A stretch of 64,000 nucleotides of DNA from Paragordius varius (taxonomy: Eukaryota > Animalia > Nematomorpha), in contig OZ176053.1 in NCBI GenBank assembly GCA_964247055.1, positions 11,222,001 to 11,286,000 on the forward strand, in the 5' to 3' direction. The notes under the pieces were generated by a model, which was not told the origin of the DNA, did no database searches, and was given only the letters and a program-made list of their open reading frames with translations. Each line of letters begins with the position of its first letter. Within the stretch, counting starts at the first letter, position 1. Position numbers and translations under genes: made by a program. Shown here one piece after another: positions 37,901 to 50,000 of this stretch.

Positions 37901-39514
37901 AATAACTTACCTGCAAAATTTGTTTTTACACCAATAAACTGGTAAAACCTTGTGAATACATTTAACATAAAATGGCAAAAAGTGTGATTTTTACATTCAA
38001 TAACCACATTTAAACCGCCAATTAAAGACATATGAGAATTCTGATGCAAAAATAATTATTCAACACAATAGTTATTTTGAGGGCCGTATTTATGAAAATT
38101 GATAGGCTATTTATTATGTTAGGCGCCTATTAATATTTGGTGTCATATTAGCACTATATTTATATTCTTTTTTGATGGTAATATATTTAGATTTATACTC
38201 AAGATGTACCCAAAAACATATTTTTCTTGTTTATAATTATCATCTTCTTTTTGTAATTCTGTATTCTAAAATGATTTAGGAATACGTTTGGAGATTATTT
38301 TTCTTTTTATATATGGTATTTGTAAACTTATACTATGTTTTTGGACTATGTATTAAGAAATACTTATTTTAATGTATGAATCGCTAACATAGTTTCTGTT
38401 ATCTATAAATATTCATGTACTTACACAGAGCAATTCAATTTAATTTTAGATTCAATTTTGCTTTCGTGAACTGTTTACTGTTCACATAAAAATTGCTGGT
38501 GGTTTGTCAAAATATGATATAATATCTATTTATGACCTGACACAAAATTACAACAACAAGTCATATTTTTAAATAATTTTTTTATATATAATATTTTATT
38601 TATAGACATAATTAAGTCTCCTCTTTCCAAATAATATCCTGAAAAAATAAATGGGACCCTCTCATTTTGTTGAATTCTCATTATATTTGTATGTAAATAT
38701 TGCACAGAACGAAACGAAAAACACATTAATCATAAAAGCTATTAAGCTGCTAAATTTCTTCAGAGCTTTTTATGACCAATTAACATGATAACCAAAATAT
38801 AACAAATATTGCTTTCTTCTACACTGAAAGTTATGGGAGAGTTGTCTTTTTGCATACCTTAAACAAAATAGTTTTTTCATCAAAGATATTATATAGCTAA
38901 AACATTTAATTTGGTGAAATTTAATCCTAATAATTTAGGTATGACAAAATTATATAAATTAATTTTATTGTTTATGAGCAATTAATTTTTAAACTTTGTT
39001 ATTTTATTATTTTCTTTATAGTTTACGAAAATAAATAAGGGTCCAGTTGATTTTTTGGCTCGTGATTATTTAAATTTTTATTTTCTAATTAATTCATTTA
39101 TTTCAATATGAAAAGACAATAATTCTAAAATTGTATTATATTCGTTAAATAAATGTTGCATTGATACATAGAAATGATACTAGCCCTTAACAAAAAAATT
39201 CTACACAATCATATTGGAGATTATTAACTTTTAAAGTTTTAAAAACATTTTCAATAATATCCATATATCATTAGAATTATTGACCACAAGGAAAGGGTAG
39301 ATATTTCTGATGTGTTTATTGCGAGGCTGCAGACCCATATTTTATATTGTATGAAATTTGAGGCTAATAACTTAGTTTTAATTTTGTACAAGATTTATTT
39401 AAAACAGCTGATTACTTTAAGTTTTTTAGGTTTACTTTCCTACTTTCCTACTTTCCTATTATACAATCTGGCCTAAATATTTTTAGAGAAAAAGCAAGAT
39501 TACCTATTAATAAT

Positions 39515-40088
39515 TTTAACACTTGGATACAACACACTCATTTTAGTCCTTCGATTCAAATTGGGGTAGTTGGATACCCCAGGCCTGTTTAAAATCAAAT
39601 TCTTTAAAAAGTATGGAAGCAATCAAAACCATGGCAAAATTATGCACTTATATAACATTAATAAACCGTAATGTATAAAAAATTATATTCAAAAATACTT
39701 GATATTATTTATTTTCAGCTAAAACTGAAAGGTAAAAATTTAGTCAACGTGACATGTGTCAAATTGTAAAATAAAAAAATAATACAAAATAAACCACTTT
39801 TTCTATTTCTATCAATGTTAGATGTAATTTATATAAAAAATAAGCTTTAGTTTTACCCTTAAAATTAAATGAAGACGATATTTTGCAAAATTTTTGTAAA
39901 ATAAAATGGCGTCGAAGTAGTTTGAGATGGAACTTTGTTTTCAAAACAAAATTTTATTAAGATATTTTGGCATATTTATATAATATTTATCAGGATAGAA
40001 GCATAAATTTAAATTGGGACCGTTTCCTTCAGTTTTTTAAAATTTTTAATTTACAATTAGTACCCCAATTTGAATCGAAGTGTTAAAA
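39515..40088. mobile_element. MITE-like element, family A copy 2
   Basis: ttcgattcaaattggggta / taccccaatttgaatcgaa form a perfect 19-bp inversion; shared internal blocks (ccaggcctgtttaaaa, atgcacttata, aaggtaaaaatttagt) with copy 1. Confidence 0.75.
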
Positions 40089-43000
40089 TTGTTACGCATA
40101 AATTTTGGCAAACAGACTGTATCTTAAATGATTAATTCTCCCCATACGAGAGTATTTTACGATAATTGTGAACAAAATATTATGTAATTTAATAACATGT
40201 CTCAGTTAAGGCAAATCAAAGCCAATAATATATATTATCTTTTTTGTATAAAAAATAGGTTATCGTTTTATTAACCAAAATAACTTAAAATTACCAAAAA
40301 AGAACAATTCAAGCTAAACAAATTATACAGTATTGTGATTATAATAAACTTAGTAAAGTGGTTTCCACAGGTGTAATGAACTATAAACGGATTAAAGATA
40401 ATTGTTATTAGTGAGTGAAAAAATGAGCCCTATATTTGACCGATTAAAAAAGATTATTATTATTATTAATTTTATTAAGGTACATTTGGCTAATACTTAA
40501 AAAGTTTAAATATTCTTTAATAAAAAAAACAATAAAATGGATTAGTTTAAAACATTAAATGCCGTCATAAATGTAATTAATAGATCGACGCAAGTTTCAT
40601 TTCTTTTTATAATTAATATAATGGCAAATTCCCAACCTTAGAGAATTATTTATATCCTTTTAACAGTTTGTGGATTAACAAATGCAGCAAACAGAAATAT
40701 ATGAATAGATTACCAATTTTTTAAAATATCTATAACTATAATATCCAAAAATGGCAACTACTGAATGCCAAAAAGTTTCATCATTTACTGAAAAACTACA
40801 ACAGCTTCAGATATTGTTAAACTATTTCGAAATAAATATTTACCTAATTGCATTGATAAGTATACTAGATGTGCCAGTTCAAACAACACTGTAAACTTGT
40901 GAAAACGATGATTTATGAATCATGACATATCGCATTTTCATAAAAACTAATAAAATTATGAATGAGTTTACACCTTTTCTGCCGCTTATGCCAACACCTT
41001 ATATTCACATGAGCAAAAATACTTAAAATATAATCGGCTTAAGGTAGCATGATGTTAGGTAAAATGCCTCAACGATGTGACTTTAGATAATTATTATGTT
41101 TGTTCAAAAACCACTATTTTTGATGGAATGAGGCCACACTGGGGATTATAAAAATCTTTGGTACATGTTAAAAACGGTTTAGTTAATTAACAACATACTT
41201 TTTATCTAATTATAAACTACTAAACATTATAGACTAATTTTAACTTAAAGAATCAAGTTATTTTAAAATTATGTTTCACACTTTTGAAAGTTTAGCATCA
41301 TTGATTTGTGGAGAAAAAGCGTTTTTATAATGTTTGCCTTCTGCTTTTAAATGCCACAAATACGTTATATTTTTTAAATAAAATTTAAGAATGCATGTGT
41401 TTTTCAAATATAACAAGTCGGCATTTACGTATTAAAAAAAAGTCCCATATTAAGGGGTCCAAAATCTTGATCTAGTTAAAAAAATGATAAATAGCTTGGG
41501 TTTTACATATTGTAATTATATATTTTGGGATGAAGCTTTTATCTAACTAGAAAAAATATTAAATATGCAGAGGAATTTTTGGGACTTTTTATTAATTAGC
41601 CCCTTTTAGGTTCCTTTTTTATTTTATCTATTGTTCATCCAAATCTTTAAACTGAAAGAAAGATTAATACAACTTCTCTTAATTTTCGATTCTTATTAAA
41701 AAATGCTGCAGATAAGGATACACTTATACCTTTTAAGCAGCCTGTTACTACCCCCCTGGTAATTAAATATACCCAATTTTGAGATGTTGATAACTTAGAA
41801 ACATGTGCTTTTATGCGACAAAAAAGCAAATTTAAAATTAAAAACATCATCATTTGAAAGTATTAGCCGCTAAAATTTTTATGGATTTTATAAATAGCTA
41901 AAAAACTGGCGACAATAATCTTTGTTTTAAATAAAACTGATTACTTTGACATACTTTGTATTTTGACAGAAGTTTTTTAATATTATTTATCAGGTGTTTG
42001 TTAGTTTTAATATTATTATTTTCAGACAAGCTTTTTTAAACAGTTGAAATACTTCTGAATATATACATATATATATATATATTACACATTATATACAAGG
42101 GAATTTAACCCCACTATATATTGTCTCTACTTGAAACTTAAAAGGTAATAAAGTCTTACATAATGCATCGTTAGCTAAAACCAAATGCTCCATATTAATT
42201 CTTATATATTTTTCTGTCATAATACAATTTACAGGATATTTTTTATAGCGTTCGATTTACTATAGATATGAATGATTTTAGGACGCTTGCAAAGTTCGAA
42301 ACGTATTAAATTCTAAATATCATATATTTATTGCCAATAAATATATTTATATATATGTTATACATTTAATATAAAAATTTTATAAAAATTCAATAAAATT
42401 GGTATATTTTTCAATGCTTTTGTCCCAAATCCTCGAAATGCAAAAATGCGCAGATATTTAATTCGCCATGACAAATAATTATAAAAAATATAGTTAAAAT
42501 TTATTTATTTCACATACGCAAATATTTCAATCGTCGTGACTCAAATAAATCTAAAAAATAAAGTTTTAAATGCGCTCCTACTTCTTCTAAAAAACTTTGG
42601 ATTTGCGTGCATGTTTTAGGATTTATCTAGTTTTTAAAAGAATTTCAGTGTCAAAGGATTGAAGCAACTACTCAAATCCATATAATATTTGTTAAAAATA
42701 CTTTATATATCCCCCAATTAAAGTTATGCCACTTTGAAATTTAAATAAATCTACTAGGAGCAGATTTATTATGAATGTATGTTATTTATTCAAAAATGTA
42801 AGCATAAGTAAAAAAACATAATCATAAGGATGTAAGCATAGAGGCGTAAGCATAATGACATAAGTATTACTTAGTTGAACATGGGTCATTGTTTCCTATT
42901 TAAATTAACATGGCTTAATGGCCTAATTAATTAATTACCAAAAAACTACCACGGCATGGTATGTATGTATGATTGGATATATTCGAAATTATTTATTTGA

Positions 43001-43534
43001 TAAAATACCAGTCAGTGTATTATTATAATCGATACAAAATTCATTTAAATTTACCGAAAAACCAGTCATACATATTTTATTATCGTGTTATGCTGTTAAA
43101 AAAGTGTAATTTGGCTGATAATATTAGCTTACTATTCATCAATAGTTAAATAATGTAATGTTATTATAAAAATAATTATATTACTCTGAGGCGTATTTTC
43201 GATAATTAAAATATTACATGATAATTAATGTTATTTTCTCTATATCATTTCAAATAAACCCGTATTGTTTTTTATTTTCACACAAACTTTCTTGTTTTTC
43301 TATTAAATCCAACAAAAATTTGAAGATATATATAATAATAAAAAATTGGATGTAACTCGTGAAAATAAAATAGAATGAAAAACCCTTATGTATTTTTAGA
43401 ATAAAACCGTAGGCGAGAGTTGAGAGATTATGTTTTGGATGTAAAAATTTAAAAACATATTTGTTTGTATTTCTGATATGTCCATAGTTCTTTGAATATT
43501 ATAATTATTATAAAAAACCCTTGATACCAAAAAT

Positions 43535-44536
43535 ATGTGTAAATTGGTTGTAAAACTCGTATTTAGCATAACGATTCTCATTTGCAAATTAAGACAAATT
43601 AATTCTAGTGATAATATCGAATTCTATTATCGGGACCATGATTGTCCCGAAATTTGGTACCGAAAATATCCAAGTTGTGGGACGGCAGATAGCTTAAAAA
43701 AATCTAAGCTTCTTCAATCACCTATCGACTTATCTGATCCAATATATAATGCGACAATCCCTCCCATCAAACTCAAAAATTATGACCTAACTATTGGAGA
43801 GTGGACATTAGAAAAAACTCAAACAACGTTAGTTATAAAAGTTGAGGGAATCTTACCTTTTATCGATATCCCAAAATCATATGAATTCCAACAGGCTCAC
43901 TTTCATTGGGGGATGGGCGGGAGAAGCCTCATAGGATCAGAACATGCACTAGATGGAAAATTTTATCCACTTGAAGTACATTTAGTACACAAGGACAAGG
44001 TTTCAGGGCAAATAGCTGTTTTGGCCATCTTTTTTGAGTATTCAAGCAAGAAAACTGATAAAGACAACCCTAAGCTTGATCCTATATTTGAGACACTTGA
44101 TATGGATATCAATAATAAGGATTATGGAAGGACTGGAGGTACGCCTAAACTCAAAATTCGATCCAAATTTGCGTTACAAAACTTATTACCCGAAAAATGG
44201 GGTTCATTTTACAGGTATGAAGGATCATTAACCACTCCCCCTTGTACCGAAGGCGTTATTTGGTCTATTCTCAGAGATCGTAATTACATATCGCGTAGAC
44301 AAATGTTTCTGCTTGAACGATTACAGCAGTGTAATGAACATCATAAAACATGTTACGCCAGGACTTCAATTGGACCGAATTATAGGCCAATGCAAGCTAA
44401 GAATAATCGACCCGTATATTTATATAGTCCAGAACCGGAATATAGCATATCCCTGTCAGAGTCCACATACCAAGCTCTATATGCCAAATCTATTATCACA
44501 TTATTAACGTCTGTAGTACTGTATTTCATTTTGTAA
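43535..44536 (+). CDS. Alpha-carbonic anhydrase, secreted/GPI-anchored type, single coding exon
   Basis: 333 aa ORF with N-terminal signal peptide, QSPIDL, Zn ligands QAHFHWG and EVHLVH, SEH, YRYEGSLTTPPCTEGVIW, NYRPMQ; the conserved disulfide Cys pair (YPSCG/PPCTE); C-terminal hydrophobic tail (IITLLTSVVLYFIL*). Confidence 0.95.
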   Translation: MCKLVVKLVFSITILICKLRQINSSDNIEFYYRDHDCPEIWYRKYPSCGTADSLKKSKLLQSPIDLSDPIYNATIPPIKLKNYDLTIGEWTLEKTQTTLVIKVEGILPFIDIPKSYEFQQAHFHWGMGGRSLIGSEHALDGKFYPLEVHLVHKDKVSGQIAVLAIFFEYSSKKTDKDNPKLDPIFETLDMDINNKDYGRTGGTPKLKIRSKFALQNLLPEKWGSFYRYEGSLTTPPCTEGVIWSILRDRNYISRRQMFLLERLQQCNEHHKTCYARTSIGPNYRPMQAKNNRPVYLYSPEPEYSISLSESTYQALYAKSIITLLTSVVLYFIL

Positions 44537-47091
44537 ATATGTTAAAAACCAATAGTCATATAATTTGGTGAATATTTCCGTCATTATTCAAAAATCCTTT
44601 TAAATAGAGTAACGGGATTTATTGTTATATAGGCCATTTCGGTATTTGAAATGGCTAAAAGAAGATTTACAGTATGCATTCAAATGGTTGTTTATTTATA
44701 TAACACTATATTTGGGCAATGTGCAACACAATAGTGTATGGAAAAAACACCAAGATGTTGAATAAACATTTTTTCTTTACATTACTTTGTTTATTTTATT
44801 CATTATTTTGCTGTTTTTTTCCATTTGCCCAATTAAGTTTAGAAATAAGTCAACCATTAAAATGCATACTGTATTTTACACGTCTGTTGCCATATATAAG
44901 ATTATTCATTTTATTAGCTCAATAATTAAATACAGTCTCTTTCCTTATTTTCAATAATGTAAATAGTAAAAAGGATAAATTTATACATGGCCTTTTAACT
45001 ATTAAAAATTCAAAATGGCCTTGCCTACAATAATATCTTTACTGTATAATTTACTTTGTATAACACAATATGGGATATTTCAAATTTCAAATAAAATATT
45101 AGGTGCATTAGGAAAAGAAAATTCATTATAGAAATTTATCCAAAATAATCAAAACAGCCCAAATTTTAATCTTTAAGAATATAGCAGTTGGAAAAAAGTC
45201 TTAAGGGTATTTGTTTGAAATTGTCTTCTCTCTATACAGATGGTTGTTCGTTTATTATTGGAATCAGGGCGTATTTCTCTTTTGAAAAAACAAATCAATT
45301 TACAAAACTTTTTAACTTATGTTGTTATCAATTAGAGTTTCGGGCGGATGATAAACTCAATTGAGTGATTAAAACAGTTGTCCATATATACTTAACTAGA
45401 TCGTTAAATATAACCGTCTCAGAATCTACTAAATATATCTCTGTGACTTAAAAGATATTTTTATATTCTGAGAATATGGTTTATTTTTGACCTGAAATTA
45501 TACTATAAAAGAAATCAGAGAGTTAGACAATTATATCAATTATAAACGGTGGTTTATATTGGCTCATATTTGCGACATTACCAATTGATAAAGAAGGTTT
45601 CATTCCTGTATTTTCAAACACTCAAAACCTCATAGGAATAAAATATGGAAATGGCTAGTAATAAATTTAAAAATAGATAATAATTTAAATTTATCAAATA
45701 AGAATTTATCCAGGATTTATGAAATGTAAAAAATGGCTTAAAACAAGTTGGTGAATCTATATACAAACCTGTGCAATTCGACATTGATTTGCGCATCTTA
45801 TTTAGCAATTCACCTAGAAAGGGTATTTAAGAAAAGGTGATGAGTATGTTTCGGATGTACCGAATAATCAGGCAACCCAAAAAGGCTGACACGAGCCACA
45901 TTGAATTTAAAACACAACAAATGATTTTTCATTAAATTTTAGCCTAAAAAAATGTAGCTATCAACTCTATTTAGATAAAAATGGTCAAACAAATAATATG
46001 CCATAACATGAGAACAACTTTAAAAAAGGGATTTTTTTAAAAATTTGGGAATCATTGAATTAGATTTGCACAAAATTGGTTTATATTTTGGTCTGTGAAA
46101 ATTTATTATTGGAAAATTAGGTGATAGGGATTCAACTGCATTGGATAAAGTTTAAATCAATTTTATTCTGCTTGCATATGCTTGAGTAGTGTTAGTTGGT
46201 GGAAAATCGAGTTTAATAAATTAAAATTTATAACCGCAAGACTTATTACAAACACCGAGAATAATACAAAAGTCTTACTCAATAATTAAAACAGTTTCTG
46301 TTATAAATCCAATGTGAAGGATATTGACAATTTTTGACAAGGATGAAATTAACAGTCTCAATATCCTGTCAATTTTAAAAACCAGCAGATTCATAATACA
46401 TCAAAAAATTATACTTTTGCAAAACATTTTATAATAATTTTCCATAAAACACGCCAATAGACCTAAAATTTTGTTAGCAATCTTAATTAAATTGCCTCCA
46501 GGAATCCGATTATTCAATACAAAGTCGACTTTTTTTCATACTAAGCAATGGGTCGATAATTTGAGATATTAATTTGAATTATTACAGATAATACATTGAA
46601 TAAAAATAATATTTTACATAATCAACTCATACAATAGTTTTAAGTTAACGTTTCATGGTTCCATCATATAAATAAAAAATTTTATATTAAAAAAAGTAAA
46701 TTAACACTCAGGAAAAGGCAAGGCATAAATAGTTTGCATATTTCATTACAATTAATTTGACAGTATATTTTTCCATTTTTTCTATCATCTACTATCTGGG
46801 CGGCGCTAGCAGATAAACTATGAAAGGCCTACCTAACCTAGTGTATGCTTTAAGAGCTTATTCGTCGGAGAAACTAGTATTGTGCGAAAACCGCGGTTAA
46901 GGATTGAAGATATGATTGAGTATATTATTTTATAATAGTTATGAGAGATTCTGCGATCATAATGATTGAAAATATTTGATAACAAATTTATTTATTATAA
47001 TCTTCTTTATTACATTAATTTCATGTCACTTAATTGGAATAAAATAATTGACTAGTTTTTTTAATATCACAAATAAATGTATATATATATC

Positions 47092-50000
47092 TTAATCTGT
47101 AATTTTTTCACCCGAAGCCATCAGTTGTTGATGCAAAATTTCAGCTTGAGACTGAAACTCTTTTATAATTTGTGTGTGAGGAGGATGAATATGTTTGAAA
47201 CATTTTTCAATTAAAAAATCCGTTTTAAGTCTCATTAAGTGCTCTTTAACATTAAATAAATGGTGATCTTCGTCAGGATATATCTATTGATTATAATAAA
47301 GAAGGCATTTAAGTTATAATTTTGGTATAAGCTTAGAATGCCAATAAGATAATTGAATTGACTCCCATATCTGTTTCCTAATTAACTACAAAAATGGTTG
47401 CCCAAAATGGTTTTATTTCATTTTTTAAGCCATAAGATATTTCAGTCATATATACCATATGATATATATCCGGTTCATTTACTAAATTGTCTAGCTCAAT
47501 GCCCATTCATTCACACAGCATTCGATCTTATGAAAAATAATTTTAATAAATATGAAATACCGATTGTATACTAAAATATGATAACAAATATATTTTAATA
47601 TTATGACTGCAACCACACTTTTTAAATATTAATTAAATAGATTAAACGGAACATAAGTACGAAACGTTATTTCTCTTTGCTTTTAAAAAATAATCTCTGT
47701 ATATTTAAATTCATGAAACTTTTAAATCCGGAATGTTTAATACTAATAGCTTCGCCGCATTTTTGTATCAAAAAAACCGACGGGCTGCATTCACAATATA
47801 TATATATATATATATATATATGGGCATTAACAAAGATTTTATTAGATTTAAAAGATAATATAAAAAAAACTACTTATTTTTTATCATTTTTTTTCTAGTT
47901 CATTGCTAGAATTCAAAAGGATTTACTAACAAAAGTTGTTAAAGATCATCGATTACACTTAAATTTTGTAAAATTTTGTATATGAAATTTCTCGCGGGGT
48001 GCATAAATATTTTGGTTGGTCGCCCCTGTTTCAAATTATTCGATTGTGCCCTTAAAAATAAATTTTTTTTAGTAAACAGTGATATTATTGGCATGAGACT
48101 TTTAAATTGTTAATATGGGAAAAATTAATTTGAGCAAATGCTATATACTTTTTTGTTTACGTTTTTTTCTTTGGGCATATTTAGATTTTTTCCCTAACAA
48201 TTTAAAAAATATATTTAACACCCAATATGGGTATTTAATGCAAAAAAGTATTAAAATGAGTATCATATTTAGGCATTAATTTTCCATTTCTAATTGAGTT
48301 AAATGTATATAAAATTTATACCATCATATCAAAAAGTACGTTCTTGCTCACTAATGCTTTGATCAAATGAGCTGAATGCTGAAAATGCACGTTATCTAGG
48401 ATAACAAAAAAGACATAAAAAAACAAATTATAACGACAAAGGGTCGTTGATTTTACCAATATCATTAAAATAAAAGTGATGACTGTAAAACAAAATTGGG
48501 GTTCAAAATTAAATATAATATTTATTTCAAAACAACCAACAAATAATGAGAAAAATGGCATTATTTTTTAGGGAAGGGTTAATAATTGCAATATTAATAT
48601 TGATTAGCCTTAAACAAACGCTGATTCCAAGCATATAACATGGAAAAGCAGCTAAATATTCTGACTAAAATATTTTACAAATTATATTATATAATCATCA
48701 CAATGAAAAAGATGATGGTTTTGATTGCATATTATTATATAGGAGCCGTCAAAATTAATTTTGAGTTTTATTGAAACTACTACTCTTAAAAATGGCTAAA
48801 AAAGCCGATGTTTCGCTATAATAATCCAAAATTTAAGCTAAAATTTGCCTTAAAACTAGTAAGCCCCAATAATTTTAGATTGAAATTTATGCTAAGCCTA
48901 TTTTATCAAATCCTGCATTATAAAATGAAGTTTAAAAAATTCAAATTTATATTTAACACCTGATACGATGCAACTGATGATATCTAACCTCAGAATTCTA
49001 ATATACAATGTTTTTTTTTCTTTAAATTTAGGGTAAAACGGTTATTTTATGGCAAAATTCAAGCGATTTCTGGGTGAATTATTTTTAAGGTAATATTTAG
49101 CATATATTTAAAATTTTTATTGTACAACTTCGGCTTTTTTGCGTTAATTTTAAAAGTGGAAATGTACAATAACAATTTTTAGAAAGGGGTCCATATGCAA
49201 AAAAGGAACATCATTTAGTTTTGAAACGGAATGGTATTTATAAGATATATTCACAAATATTTTATTTTGAAACATTTAGCTATTGTCAATAAAACTTAAT
49301 AACTAAATGTGCGCGGAGCTATTTTTTATTTCGGTTGATTATGAAAACGCAATATTTTTTTGAGCTGAAGTATCATAATCAAAATAATACCATACCATTC
49401 TAATCCGTATGCTCATTTAGGTCTCAAATGTTTTAACATTTTTACGAATATTTTTATTTCACATTGTTTTAATCAATGACATACCATCCAATGTTCCATG
49501 GATCAATAGATATTTATGATATTTTATATTCTCAACGTTTTTGAGTATCTTTGAAGCGTATCCTTCCTCATTCGTTTGGTAAAATCCCATGTGTTTTTCT
49601 GTGTAAGCCGCATCTATCATTATATATTTTATAAACTTTGAAAATAAATATAATAGCGAAAAATTTAGTAATATTATTTAGATACCATAACATCTCCAAT
49701 CTGTAACAGGTGCAACAGCAATGCCACATTTAATTAGGCCTAAACTTTCATTTTTGGTGAGAATTAGGGTTGTTAGATATGCACCATAAGACTGTAAATT
49801 AAATAAAAAAACAATAGTTTTTAATCAATAATATATGATAATATTTTATTAAAAGGGTAGCATTTTATACCCATCCCCATATGGCAATATTTTGAGAATC
49901 GATTGCTGGAAATGTTCCCGTTAAATACCTAAAATGATAATAGAGTTAACCCTATATTAAAGACAAAAATGTTGCAATGAATAAATATAATAAATAGATA

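Noticed and set aside
42800-42870. gtaagcataa repeated about three times upstream of the CA gene
   Set aside because: Short degenerate repeat in AT-rich DNA; no evidence of a regulatory role.
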